A stretch of 64,000 nt of DNA from Campylobacterales bacterium (lineage in GTDB: Bacteria > Campylobacterota > Campylobacteria > Campylobacterales > Sulfurimonadaceae): NCBI GenBank assembly GCA_038205935.1, contig JBBRBK010000004.1:22484-86483 (forward strand), given 5' to 3'. The notes under the pieces were generated by a model. The model did no database searches. It had not been told where the DNA came from and worked only from the letters and a program-made list of their open reading frames with translations. Below, in pieces: positions 52,795-63,632 of this stretch (positions are counted from its first letter, which is position 1; each line of letters starts with the position of its first letter). Position numbers and translations under genes: made by a program.

Positions 52795-52953
52795 TTAATT
52801 CAATGCTTTTCTATAAGCTTCTGCTTTGCTCATTGGTTCTTCAGGCTGCGCAAGCTTATCTTCACCATTTTTTTTATTCCACACATAAATAAGAACTAAT
52901 ATCATAATAACAATTGCACCGATGCCAACTAATATAAGCTTTTTTATATCCAT
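52795..52953 (-). CDS. Small single-pass membrane protein (52 aa, not in the ORF track)
   Basis: MDIKKLILVGIGAIVIMILVLIYVWNKKNGEDKLAQPEEPMSKAEAYRKALN; GGAG SD; directly downstream of gltX. Confidence 0.7.
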   Translation of the reverse strand: MDIKKLILVGIGAIVIMILVLIYVWNKKNGEDKLAQPEEPMSKAEAYRKALN

Positions 52954-52990
52954 TTCGTTTCTCCGTATTTTTAAATCAATGAGTTATTTT

Positions 52991-54379
52991 TTAGCTATTT
53001 GCTTTTATGGCAGACTCGATGCGTGAAAGCGTTTCTTCTTTACCGATGATACTCATAACAGCATCAAGCCCCGGACCTGAGAGTTTTCCCATAAGGGCGA
53101 TACGCAAAGGCTGACCTATTTTGCCAAAACCTATCTCTTTCTCTGCGACTAACTCTTCCATCACTCGATGATAATCAACTGGAAGATGCAAGTTTTCACT
53201 CGACTTTAGCTTCTCTGCAAACGCATGTAATATTTCAAAAGCATCGCCTTTAAACCCTTTTGCAACAGCTTTTTCATCAAATGTGAGCGGAGCTGTCAGC
53301 ACTTCACTGATAAGTTCAGCCATCTCTTTTAATGTCTTTGCGCGATCTTTAAAAGAATCAAGTAAAATCTCTCTCTTATCATGAGAAGAAAGAACTAAAC
53401 CAAAATCTTCTAGAAGCTCTGCAAGCTTTGTATTTGACATATTTTTAATGTAATGAGCGTTCAACCAGTCAAGTTTTTCAGCGTTGTAGATAGAAGCAGA
53501 TCTATTGATATCTTTTGGATCAAAATGCTCCATCATCTCTTCCATAGAAAAAATCTCCTGATCTCCATGACTCCAGCCAAGACGCACTAAAAAATTGAGC
53601 AGTGCTTCAGGTGTGTAGCCCATCTCTTTATATGCCATCACATCTGTCGCGCCATCACGTTTAGAGAGTTTTTTACCCTCTTTGTTGTGGATCATCGGTA
53701 CATGGTTAAACTGAGGAATATCAAAACCTAAAGCTTCATAAACGATCATCTGTTTTGGCGTGTTTGAAAGATGATCATCGCCGCGGATAACGACATTGAT
53801 GCCCATAAGCGCATCATCAACTGCAACGACGAAGTTATATGTCGGACTTCCATCTGCACGCGCGATAATAAAATCATCCAAGATATCTTTCACATCAAAA
53901 ACTACGTCGCCTTTAACACCATCTTTGACTGTAATAGTTCCCTCTAAAGGCGCTTTGATACGAACAACTGGTTCAACACCCTCAGGCGGCGTACCTGTAA
54001 AATCACGATAACGTCCGTCATACATCGTGCGCTCTTTTTTTGCCATCTGCTCTTCACGAAGTGTCGTGAGTTCATCTTTTGACATATAACAATGGTAAGC
54101 TTTACCCTCATCAAGAAGCTTTTGGATGTAGCGTTTATAGATATCCATTCTTTGAGATTGGTACTCGATCTCGCCGTCATGTGAGAGTCCTAGCCATTTA
54201 AAAGCTTGAACAATCGCCTCAGCGGCTTCAACAGAGTTACGGCTTTGATCTGTATCTTCGATACGTAAAATGAACTTGCCTCCGTTTTTTCTAGCCCAAA
54301 GATAGCAAAGAAGTGCGGTTCGAAGTCCTCCGATATGAAGATACCCTGTAGGTGATGGTGCAAAACGCGTAACAACCAT
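52991..54379 (-). CDS. gltX: Glutamate--tRNA ligase
   Basis: MVVTRFAPSPTGYLHIGG and KLSKR motifs; start placed at the ATG at 54379. Confidence 0.96.
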   Translation of the reverse strand: MVVTRFAPSPTGYLHIGGLRTALLCYLWARKNGGKFILRIEDTDQSRNSVEAAEAIVQAFKWLGLSHDGEIEYQSQRMDIYKRYIQKLLDEGKAYHCYMSKDELTTLREEQMAKKERTMYDGRYRDFTGTPPEGVEPVVRIKAPLEGTITVKDGVKGDVVFDVKDILDDFIIARADGSPTYNFVVAVDDALMGINVVIRGDDHLSNTPKQMIVYEALGFDIPQFNHVPMIHNKEGKKLSKRDGATDVMAYKEMGYTPEALLNFLVRLGWSHGDQEIFSMEEMMEHFDPKDINRSASIYNAEKLDWLNAHYIKNMSNTKLAELLEDFGLVLSSHDKREILLDSFKDRAKTLKEMAELISEVLTAPLTFDEKAVAKGFKGDAFEILHAFAEKLKSSENLHLPVDYHRVMEELVAEKEIGFGKIGQPLRIALMGKLSGPGLDAVMSIIGKEETLSRIESAIKANS

Positions 54380-54473
54380 GGTAAGCCTTTTAAATAAAGT
54401 CCCGTATTTTAGATAATCATTGGTTAAAAACGGGTAAAATAAGAACCTAAATATCATCATAAAGTGACTTTAC

Positions 54474-55310
54474 ATGTACAAAGCTCTATTTTTCATCCTC
54501 CTTTCTTTAAGCCTTAATGCAAAAATCATTGACGGCGTTGCAATTCTTGTTCAAAATGAACCTATCACGATGCTTGAAATCACAAATGCGATGGAAGAAT
54601 CTCATCTTGATCAAGCTAAAACAGTAGATTTTTTGATACGAAAAAAGCTTGAAGATCAAGAGATAAAATCAAGAAAAATCACCGTAACTGATGATGAAGT
54701 GATCGAAGAGATCAAAAGAATGGCTACACAAAACAATATGACTGTTAGTCAGTTTTATGACGCTGTAGCAAGTAGCCAGAATCTCACTTCAGCTCAAGTA
54801 CAAAAAGAGATGAAAGAGCGTTTGCTAAACCAAAAACTTTTTCAAGCTATTGCCTATACGCACATGGATGAGCCAGATGAGCAAGAGATCAAAAACTATT
54901 ATGAGCTCAACAAAGCAAAATTTAACCATCCACAAAGCTACAGCACAGTTGTTTATGAATCGAAACAACAAAGTTTATTACAACAAAAAATCGATAATCC
55001 TATGTTCTACTCAGCTGAAATAGGGCATAAAGATCAAACATTTGAATACAATAAAATCGCGCCACAGCTTGCTGAACTTTTAGATAAAACACCTCTAAAT
55101 CATTTCTCTGAGATCATATCAAACGGTAAAGATGGCTTTGTTTGTTTTTATATGCAAGCAGTTGAGCAGAGTAAAGATGTGAAACTAGAAGATATCAAAG
55201 CACAGGTTGAAAATATGATTATGTCTGATAAGCGTGAGCAAGTTCTAAAAGAGTATTTCGACAGAGCAAAGTTAAATGCAAACATTCAAACTCTACGTTT
55301 GCCACAATAG
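54474..55310 (+). CDS. SurA-like periplasmic chaperone / peptidylprolyl isomerase
   Basis: Signal peptide; IIDGVAILVQNEPIT SurA N-terminal motif. Confidence 0.8.
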   Translation: MYKALFFILLSLSLNAKIIDGVAILVQNEPITMLEITNAMEESHLDQAKTVDFLIRKKLEDQEIKSRKITVTDDEVIEEIKRMATQNNMTVSQFYDAVASSQNLTSAQVQKEMKERLLNQKLFQAIAYTHMDEPDEQEIKNYYELNKAKFNHPQSYSTVVYESKQQSLLQQKIDNPMFYSAEIGHKDQTFEYNKIAPQLAELLDKTPLNHFSEIISNGKDGFVCFYMQAVEQSKDVKLEDIKAQVENMIMSDKREQVLKEYFDRAKLNANIQTLRLPQ

Positions 55311-55334
55311 AATAAAAATAAGTAACTAACAAAG

Positions 55335-55357
55335 CTATGAACCATAAAGGTTCATAG
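55335..55357. terminator. Hairpin between convergent genes
   Basis: CTATGAACC-ATAAA-GGTTCATAG. Confidence 0.65.
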
Positions 55358-55364
55358 AAAAGTT

Positions 55365-56705
55365 TTAACCTTTATAACCATCCAAATATTTTGTATCAAA
55401 ATTATTATTTATAAAATCTGGATTTGTCATCATTTTTTTATGGAATGCCACTGTAGTTTTAATACCGGTGATCTTAAACTCACTAAGTGCTCTATGCATT
55501 CTAGCAATTGCCTCAGGTCTATCATTTCCATATACGATCAGTTTCCCTATCATCGAGTCATATGTTGATGGAACAATGTAGTTTGCATGTGCGTGTGTAT
55601 CGATGCGAACATCTTTTCCGCCTGGTGCAATCCAAGTACTGATTTTTCCAGGACATGGTAAAAACTTTATAGGATCTTCTGCGGTAATACGACACTCAAT
55701 TGAGTGACCTTTAAGTGTGATTTCTTCTTGTGCAGGAAGAGTTTTACCTTCTGCTACTTCGATCATCATTTTTACTAAGTCAAGACCACTTACCATCTCA
55801 GAAACAGTATGCTCAACTTGAAGACGAGTATTCATCTCCATAAAGTAAAAATTTAGATCTGCATCGAGTAAAAATTCAAATGTACCTGCACCTTCATACT
55901 TAATAAACTGTGCCGCGCGAACTGCTGCATCATGTAATCTTGTTCTAACTTCTGGAGTCAAAGCGATTGCAGGGGACTCTTCAATTAGCTTTTGGTGACG
56001 ACGTTGCATAGAACAGTCACGCTCACCAACATGGATAACATTTCCATGAGAGTCTGCCATAATCTGTACTTCGATGTGACGAGGATTTTTAATGAATTTT
56101 TCCATATAAATGGTGCCATCACCAAATGCGGTAATCGCTTCACTCTCAGCTGCTAAAAATGCATTTTCCAAGTAGCTTTCATCTTCGACAACGCGCATAC
56201 CACGTCCGCCTCCACCTTGAGCCGCTTTAAGAATAACCGGATAACCGACTTCTTTTGCTCTTTTTTTAGCATCTTGCATATCGCTGATCGCCCCATCACT
56301 TCCCGGAACAACTGGAACATTTGCACGAACCATAACATCTTTTGCTTTTGATTTATCACTCATAAGTACCATAACTTCAGGAGTCGGTCCGATGAATTTG
56401 ATATTATGATGTGTACATATCTCAACGAAATGTTGGTTTTCACTTAAAAATCCATATCCCGGAAAAATTGCATCACAGCCACTTATCTCAGCTGCAGAAA
56501 TAATAGCAGGAATATTGAGGTAACTCTTTGCACTTGGCCCAGCGCCTACACATATGGCTGCATCAGCGAGTTCTAGATATTCACTACCTTTATCAGTAGT
56601 TGAATAGATAGCTACAGCCTCTTTACCCATTTCTTTTATAGTTCTAATCGCACGAAGAGCTATCTCCCCGCGATTAGCAACCAATATACGTTTGATTTCA
56701 GCCAT
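55365..56705 (-). CDS. accC: Acetyl-CoA carboxylase biotin carboxylase subunit
   Basis: ILVANRGEIA, GGGGRGMR and EMNTRLQVEH motifs. Confidence 0.97.
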   Translation of the reverse strand: MAEIKRILVANRGEIALRAIRTIKEMGKEAVAIYSTTDKGSEYLELADAAICVGAGPSAKSYLNIPAIISAAEISGCDAIFPGYGFLSENQHFVEICTHHNIKFIGPTPEVMVLMSDKSKAKDVMVRANVPVVPGSDGAISDMQDAKKRAKEVGYPVILKAAQGGGGRGMRVVEDESYLENAFLAAESEAITAFGDGTIYMEKFIKNPRHIEVQIMADSHGNVIHVGERDCSMQRRHQKLIEESPAIALTPEVRTRLHDAAVRAAQFIKYEGAGTFEFLLDADLNFYFMEMNTRLQVEHTVSEMVSGLDLVKMMIEVAEGKTLPAQEEITLKGHSIECRITAEDPIKFLPCPGKISTWIAPGGKDVRIDTHAHANYIVPSTYDSMIGKLIVYGNDRPEAIARMHRALSEFKITGIKTTVAFHKKMMTNPDFINNNFDTKYLDGYKG

Positions 56706-56708
56706 AGA

Positions 56709-57155
56709 TTAAATCTTTTCTACTACAAATAACGGCATATCGTATTCAACGGCTTGACCATCACTCACTAGTACATCAAGAATTTTACAATCAAACTCAG
56801 CTTCTAATTCATTCATAATCTTCATAGCTTCGAGTATTGCAACAACATGACCTTTTTTGATGATATCACCTTTTTTTACAAAAGCTGGAGAATCAGGAGA
56901 TGGTGATGCGTAGTATGTGCCGACCATTGGAGAAAGAATCAAATCCCCAGAAATTTCTGGTACTGCTTCAACTTGTGTCATAACAGCTACAGAAGCAGCT
57001 GCAACAGGAGCAGTTTGAGTAGTTGCGACAGGCGCATATACAGCTCCAACAACTTTTTCAAGTTCGATACTAAAATCTTCTTTAGCGATTTTTAATTTAC
57101 TTAAACCACTTCCATCAAACTCCTGCATTAATGCTTTTATCTGCTTCATGTCCAT
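56709..57155 (-). CDS. accB: Biotin carboxyl carrier protein
   Basis: SPMVGTYY and EAMKIMNE motifs. Confidence 0.97.
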   Translation of the reverse strand: MDMKQIKALMQEFDGSGLSKLKIAKEDFSIELEKVVGAVYAPVATTQTAPVAAASVAVMTQVEAVPEISGDLILSPMVGTYYASPSPDSPAFVKKGDIIKKGHVVAILEAMKIMNELEAEFDCKILDVLVSDGQAVEYDMPLFVVEKI

Positions 57156-57226
57156 TGTAAGTCTCCAAAATATATATTAAATTTTGCGATATAATACCAT
57201 AACAAATATTAAATATTAGGGCACTA

Positions 57227-57667
57227 ATGCTAAGCGATACAAATTTTATCAACATAGCTTTCGAGATAGCGAGTGCTTCAAAATGTGTTTCAAAACAAGT
57301 CGGAGCCGTCATAGTAAAAGATGGAAGGATCCTCAGCAGTGGCTACAATGGCACACCTGCTGGTTTTATGAATTGTAAGGATCACTGGAATGGCGAATAC
57401 ACAAAAGATCATCATGAATGGTCTAAAACTTATGAGATCCATGCTGAGATGAATGCTATCATTTGGGCAGCGAGAAAAGGGATTAGTATTGAGGGTGCAA
57501 CTATTTATGTTACCTTAGAACCTTGCAGCGAATGCAGTAAAAACCTTATCGCCAGCGGAATAAAACGCATTATCTACGCAAAATCTTATGAACACACACA
57601 GTCTGATGTTATCTCCAAATTTATTGAAGATAACGGCGTTATCATAGAAAGGTTAGAAAAGCTCTAA
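57227..57667 (+). CDS. dCMP deaminase family protein
   Basis: GYNGTP, HAEMNA and PCSEC motifs. Confidence 0.92.
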   Translation: MLSDTNFINIAFEIASASKCVSKQVGAVIVKDGRILSSGYNGTPAGFMNCKDHWNGEYTKDHHEWSKTYEIHAEMNAIIWAARKGISIEGATIYVTLEPCSECSKNLIASGIKRIIYAKSYEHTQSDVISKFIEDNGVIIERLEKL

Positions 57668-57997
57668 AATCTTCTCAGATGGACGGCCGATAACAACACC
57701 TTTTTCTGTAAAAACAATCGGTCTTTCTATCAATATTGGATGTTCTACCATCACTTTGATAAGTTTCTCTTCGTCCATCTCATCTTTCAAATTTAGTTCT
57801 TTATAAATATCTTCTTTCGTTCGCATCAATTCCCTAGCAGGTATTTTGAGTTTTGATAAAAGATCTGTTATTTTTTCTTTTGAAGGATGAGTTTCCAAGT
57901 ATTTCACTACTTCGACATCAATATCCCTTGCATGTAAGAGTTCTAAAGCTTCGCGTGATTTTGAACATTTTGGATTGTGCCAGATTGTTGCTTGCAT
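57653..57997 (-). CDS. arsC: Arsenate reductase (glutaredoxin) family
   Basis: HNPKCSKSR, LIERPIV and GRP motifs. Confidence 0.9.
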   Translation of the reverse strand: MQATIWHNPKCSKSREALELLHARDIDVEVVKYLETHPSKEKITDLLSKLKIPARELMRTKEDIYKELNLKDEMDEEKLIKVMVEHPILIERPIVFTEKGVVIGRPSEKILELF

Positions 57998-58087
57998 ATT
58001 TTTTCCTCGTAAATTATTATTTAGAGAATTTTAGTGTAGTTATTTAAGAGGGAGTTGAAAGAGTGTAAAAAATGATAAAGAAGAGTC

Positions 58088-58108
58088 CGAGCAGCCTAAG
58101 CTACTCGA
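58088..58108 (-). terminator. Probable terminator of the cold-shock gene
   Basis: CGAGCAGC-CTAA-GCTACTCG stem, followed by a U-rich tract on the minus strand. Confidence 0.6.
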
Positions 58109-58116
58109 GAGAAAGA

Positions 58117-58335
58117 TTACAGACCTGTAACGTTTTCTGCTTGTGGACCTTTTTCGCCTTGACCAACTTCGAAAGTCACTTTTTGACCTTCGTCTAGTGA
58201 CACACGACCATAACCATTGCTATTGATTTGACGAAAGTGTACGAATACATCTTTTCCGCCATTTTCTTGTTCGATAAAACCGAAACCTTTTTCACTGTTG
58301 AACCATTTAACTGTTCCATTTACTAATGTTGCCAT
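58117..58335 (-). CDS. cspA: Cold-shock protein
   Basis: [15 protein letters not shown] and DVFVHF RNP motifs. Confidence 0.96.
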   Translation of the reverse strand: MATLVNGTVKWFNSEKGFGFIEQENGGKDVFVHFRQINSNGYGRVSLDEGQKVTFEVGQGEKGPQAENVTGL

Positions 58336-58487
58336 TGTTTGTCCTTTTTTGTTTTGAGTACACCAAATTGCTAAGGTGGTAAAAATCTAATATGAAGTTT
58401 TCTTTTAGGGTGGATCGTACTGTCAACAAAAAGTCACCAATATAAAGCATACTAAAGATGTAACTCGAATCATCTTTTATTAGCCGT

Positions 58488-58516
58488 AGTATAACTGAAT
58501 AAAAGATAAAGTGCAA
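58488..58516 (-). promoter_or_regulatory. sigma70 promoter of the cold-shock gene, implying a 5' UTR of about 145 nt
   Basis: TTGCAC-N17-TATACT. Confidence 0.7.
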
Positions 58517-58637
58517 GGAAAGATGAATATTTTATTAATATCTCCACATTATTGTATTAATTTAGACAAAAATAAATGTACAAAGTGGCTTAAAGTTCGT
58601 ATTTTATGGGGTTTTTAAAGGCTATTAGATTGAGGAA

Positions 58638-58713
58638 TGGTGCTCACAACTGGACTCGAACCAGTGACTTTTACCTTGTCGAGGTAACACTCTACCAACT
58701 GAGTTATGCGAGC
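58638..58713 (-). tRNA. tRNA-Val (GAC)
   Basis: 76 nt: GCTCGCA acceptor stem, TTACC-TCGACAA-GGTAA anticodon arm, GGTTCGAGTCC T arm, encoded CCA. Confidence 0.95.
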
Positions 58714-58794
58714 TTTGGTAGTTAGGAGTGAAATCATACTCACTTCCTTCTTAAATTAAGCAAAATAGAACATCGATTTTTGTAAAATCTACTT

Positions 58795-59262
58795 ATGTCA
58801 GTTTTACCACATATACTAAACTCTTATTGGCTCTGGCGGGAAGTCCGCGAAAAACTTGATGTTTCAAATCCTTTATATAAATATTGGAAGGATACACCAA
58901 ACATCAAACTCAACAATAAATATGTATTTGTACAAAAAAAGACTCTTCCCGAGAAATACGCCTACGTTGAGCCAATCCTCACAGATCTCTCAGGATATTT
59001 ACCTATCCGTTATGCTTCAGATCAGTTACATGTAAGCGAACATATCTTTCGCTATGACAAAATGAAGCTTTATAAAGATTTTGAATATAAATATGTTCAG
59101 GACGTGAAGTTTGTAAATATCAAAAAGTTTTTTGTGGAGTTTGGGATTAAGGTGGATAAAAATGCTGTTCTCCACTTAGGCCGTTTAAAAGATCTTGAGA
59201 TTACAAGTAACTCTACTTTCTACAACCTGCGTGATGACTATGGTTTAGTTGTTTATAACTAG
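58795..59262 (+). CDS. Hypothetical protein
   Basis: 155-aa ORF with normal codon usage; no motif recognised. Confidence 0.7.
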   Translation: MSVLPHILNSYWLWREVREKLDVSNPLYKYWKDTPNIKLNNKYVFVQKKTLPEKYAYVEPILTDLSGYLPIRYASDQLHVSEHIFRYDKMKLYKDFEYKYVQDVKFVNIKKFFVEFGIKVDKNAVLHLGRLKDLEITSNSTFYNLRDDYGLVVYN

Positions 59263-59744
59263 TCTTTTAAAACGTTTTTTACAAAATTCACATAACAAAA
59301 GAAAAGCGTTACAAAAAGAGGATTTAGCTCTGCACTTGATTCTTCTATCTTATTGAAAATTTTGAACTCTACAGGTGCAACACTATTTGAGAGTTTAAAC
59401 TTAAAATTGATGACAGAAAGCGTACGAATAAGATTGACAATATTTTTACTTTTTTTGTCATCTTTGTTAAAGTTGATCGTATATCCATTTTCATCTCTGT
59501 TGGATTTAATCGTGTTTTCTAAAAGTGTTACTTTGTCTAAGAAGATTACCTTATCCCAAGAGATCTCAAATCTCTCCACAGTTGCACTAGAGTTTCTTGC
59601 AGACAAAGGATGAGGCTTGATGAGGCGCATCTTTTCAATGAAAGAGAGAAAAAAGTTCAATCCTCCCATTTTGCCTATGATATCTTGAAGTTGAAGTTTG
59701 AGAGTATCTTTCTCGTCTTGCGATAAATTATTGAAATTACACAT
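59259..59744 (-). CDS. Hypothetical protein
   Basis: 161-aa ORF; no motif recognised. Confidence 0.7.
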   Translation of the reverse strand: MCNFNNLSQDEKDTLKLQLQDIIGKMGGLNFFLSFIEKMRLIKPHPLSARNSSATVERFEISWDKVIFLDKVTLLENTIKSNRDENGYTINFNKDDKKSKNIVNLIRTLSVINFKFKLSNSVAPVEFKIFNKIEESSAELNPLFVTLFFCYVNFVKNVLKD

Positions 59745-59883
59745 AAGAAGCCTTTTTATGAAATTATACCTTAAAGTAGTACAAAGCTTAATATTGCTTA
59801 AGCTTATTTAAATGAGGAAGGTATTATCATCTCATTAATAAAAGAGGACAAATTTACTCTTCTTTAACTAGACAAGCAATTAA

Positions 59884-61113
<1,230 letters not shown>

Positions 61114-61207
61114 TCGCTTTAACTTCGCTAGCCGCTGAGGCTACTGAAGCTTGCTTCTAACGAAGCAGAAATATAAAAAATAAAATTTAATTAAGGATTA
61201 TACCAAG

Positions 61208-62182
61208 ATGGCAAAAAATGATTTAATCGGCGAATCTTTATGGGATGCTTACTCAGATAAAGTCACTCGTCTTATGAACAACCCTCAACACCAAGGTGAA
61301 ATTAGTGAAGAGGAAGCAGAGTCTCGTGGCAATAAACTTATAGTTGCTGATTTTGGAGCTGAAAGCTGTGGCGACGCGGTTCGTCTTTACTGGGAGATTG
61401 ATCCTAAAGATGACAAAATCGTAAACTCTAAATTTAGAAGTTTCGGTTGTGGTACGGCAATCGCAAGTAGTGATGTTATGACTGAACTTTGTATCGGTAA
61501 AACGGTTCAAGAAGCGGTTAAGATCACAAACATCGATGTTGAGTTTGCTCTACGTGATAATCCAGAAACTCCGGCAGTTCCACCTCAAAAAATGCACTGT
61601 TCAGTTATGGCTTACGACGTTATCAAAAAAGCGGCTGGACTTTACCTTGGCGTTGATAGTGAAAGTTTTGAAGAGGAGATCATCGTGTGTGAATGTGCAC
61701 GTGTTTCTCTTAAAACACTCCAAGAGGTTATCAAACTCAATGATCTTAAAACTATTGAGCAAATCACAGACTACACAAAAGCCGGCGGTTTTTGTAAATC
61801 TTGTATCAAGCCAGGTGGCCACGAAGAGCGTGAATACTATCTTGTTGATATCCTAAGAGATACTCGCCGTGAAATGGATGAAGAAAAAATGAAAGCCGCT
61901 GCAGACACTGGCACGAGCGGAGATTTCGTAGCTATGACTTTGGTTCAAAAAATCAAAGCGATTGATGCAGTAATTGACGAAAATGTACGTCAGTTCCTTA
62001 TCATGGATGGCGGAAATATGGAAGTTATCGACATCAAAGATGGCGGTGATTACATCGACGTTTATATCAGATATATCGGCGCATGTAACGGCTGTGCGAG
62101 TTCAACAACAGGAACACTTTTTGCAATTGAGAGCACTCTTAAAGAGAAACTTTCAGACAAAATCCGTGTTCTTCCAATCTAA
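61208..62182 (+). CDS. nifU: Fe-S cluster scaffold NifU (three-domain)
   Basis: SCGD, FGCGTAIAS, CEC...CKSC and GACNGC motifs. Confidence 0.95.
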   Translation: MAKNDLIGESLWDAYSDKVTRLMNNPQHQGEISEEEAESRGNKLIVADFGAESCGDAVRLYWEIDPKDDKIVNSKFRSFGCGTAIASSDVMTELCIGKTVQEAVKITNIDVEFALRDNPETPAVPPQKMHCSVMAYDVIKKAAGLYLGVDSESFEEEIIVCECARVSLKTLQEVIKLNDLKTIEQITDYTKAGGFCKSCIKPGGHEEREYYLVDILRDTRREMDEEKMKAAADTGTSGDFVAMTLVQKIKAIDAVIDENVRQFLIMDGGNMEVIDIKDGGDYIDVYIRYIGACNGCASSTTGTLFAIESTLKEKLSDKIRVLPI

Positions 62183-62202
62183 AAGAGTTTTTCTCTTTTA
62201 GA
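62178..62202 (+). terminator. Hairpin overlapping the nifU stop
   Basis: TCTAAAAGAG-TTTTT-CTCTTTTAGA. Confidence 0.55.
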
Positions 62203-62294
62203 TCCCTCTAACAAACTCTTTTTTTTTAAAATCACTTATTATCATTTTGTCATATTTTAGACTTATCTTTTAAATCTGTTGTAAACTTCATCTT

Positions 62295-63566
62295 ATGAAG
62301 ATACATATAGATTTAGATTGCTTTTTTGTCTCTGCTCAGCGCACACTTGACGCTTCACTTATGCACAAACCTGTCGCTGTTGGCGGGCGAAGTGATACGC
62401 ACATTTTTTCTAAGAGTTCTCAAGATCAGGGAATAAATCTTACAAATTCAGGCTCATTTGTTTCGACTTTTTACCAACAATATGACAAACGAGATGATGA
62501 TCTACAAAATTTCATAGATCCAGACGGCAAAATTCGAGGGATTTTGACAACTGCGAGTTATGAAGCTCGAAAATATGGAATCAAAACAGCTATGAGCATC
62601 AGTGAAGCACTCCAACTTTGTCCTCATCTCATCATAAAATCACCAAATATGGCTTTGTATCAAGAGCTTTCTCATAAACTCCATCTTTTTTTACAAGAGC
62701 GGATACCACTTATTGAGCAGGCAAGTATTGATGAGTTTTATGGAGATGTGAGCGGATGGATAGAAGATATTGATGTACCTCAGTTTATAGATTCTCTGCG
62801 TCATGAGATACAAAAAGCTCTTAATCTTCCCGTTTCTATCGGCGCGGCACATTCGAGATATATTGCCAAACTCGCAACAGGTGAAGCAAAGCCTTTTGGA
62901 TGCAAAACAATCTATGAGTGGAATTTTGATGAGTTTATAAATCCCTTACATGTAAGCAAATTTTCAGGCATCGGAAAATCTATGATGGCTAAACTTCAAG
63001 ATGCGCAGATACTCACACTCGGAGAATTTCGTAAAAGAAGAGGAACGATCGAATCTTGGGGTCCTTACGCCAAAGAGCTTTACAAGCGTGTAAACGGCGA
63101 GATCGACACACCGATCAATCTCAAGTCTCAGCGCAAATCTATAGGAATATCAAGAACCTTTGATCCAGTCCATGAGAGAGGTGAGCTTCGCCGTAGAGTT
63201 GTGATTCTCTCCCGCTATCTTCTCTTTGCTATCCAAAAATTACAGGTCATTCCGACAAGCTTTTCCCTCACCATCAGATATGAATACAATCAAAAATCTC
63301 ATATCAGCGTGACAAGAAGAAAAGAGTTTAGTGAAAAAGAGTTTAAGGATTTTTGTCTTGAAATGTTTACTCAAGCGGACAATCAAAAACGCTTACATGT
63401 AAGCTATCTTGGCATCAACTCATCAGAATTTACACATATTAGCAGACGTGAACTTTCACTCCTTGAGATGGATGAAGACAATAAACTCCAAGAACTGACA
63501 AAACAAGTACAAAAAGTAAGAGAAAAGTATGGATTAGGTTCACTAAAATGGGGAAGTGAGATTTAA
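62295..63566 (+). CDS. dinB: Y-family DNA polymerase IV
   Basis: HIDLDCFFVS, ASYEARKYG, SIDEFY and AKLAT motifs. Confidence 0.93.
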   Translation: MKIHIDLDCFFVSAQRTLDASLMHKPVAVGGRSDTHIFSKSSQDQGINLTNSGSFVSTFYQQYDKRDDDLQNFIDPDGKIRGILTTASYEARKYGIKTAMSISEALQLCPHLIIKSPNMALYQELSHKLHLFLQERIPLIEQASIDEFYGDVSGWIEDIDVPQFIDSLRHEIQKALNLPVSIGAAHSRYIAKLATGEAKPFGCKTIYEWNFDEFINPLHVSKFSGIGKSMMAKLQDAQILTLGEFRKRRGTIESWGPYAKELYKRVNGEIDTPINLKSQRKSIGISRTFDPVHERGELRRRVVILSRYLLFAIQKLQVIPTSFSLTIRYEYNQKSHISVTRRKEFSEKEFKDFCLEMFTQADNQKRLHVSYLGINSSEFTHISRRELSLLEMDEDNKLQELTKQVQKVREKYGLGSLKWGSEI

Positions 63567-63593
63567 AATAAAAGAGTACACATTGAATTAGAC

Positions 63594-63619
63594 TTGGCTT
63601 CAACAAGAAGTGAAGCCAA
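63594..63619. terminator. Hairpin between convergent dinB and purM
   Basis: TTGGCTTCA-ACAAGAAG-TGAAGCCAA. Confidence 0.55.
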
Positions 63620-63632
63620 AATTTTGAAAATA

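Noticed and set aside
54380..54460. 27-aa N-terminal extension of GltX in the ORF track
   Set aside because: The family N-terminus begins at MVVTRFAPSPTG, and the extension covers the divergent promoter region.
57217..57229. AGGGCACT just upstream of the dCMP deaminase start
   Set aside because: No ACCC arm and no CATGTA flank. It is more simply the ribosome-binding region.
59840..59866. Imperfect inverted repeat AAGAG...CTCTT upstream of nifS as a possible Rrf2/IscR-type site
   Set aside because: The symmetry is too weak in AT-rich DNA to support without comparative data.
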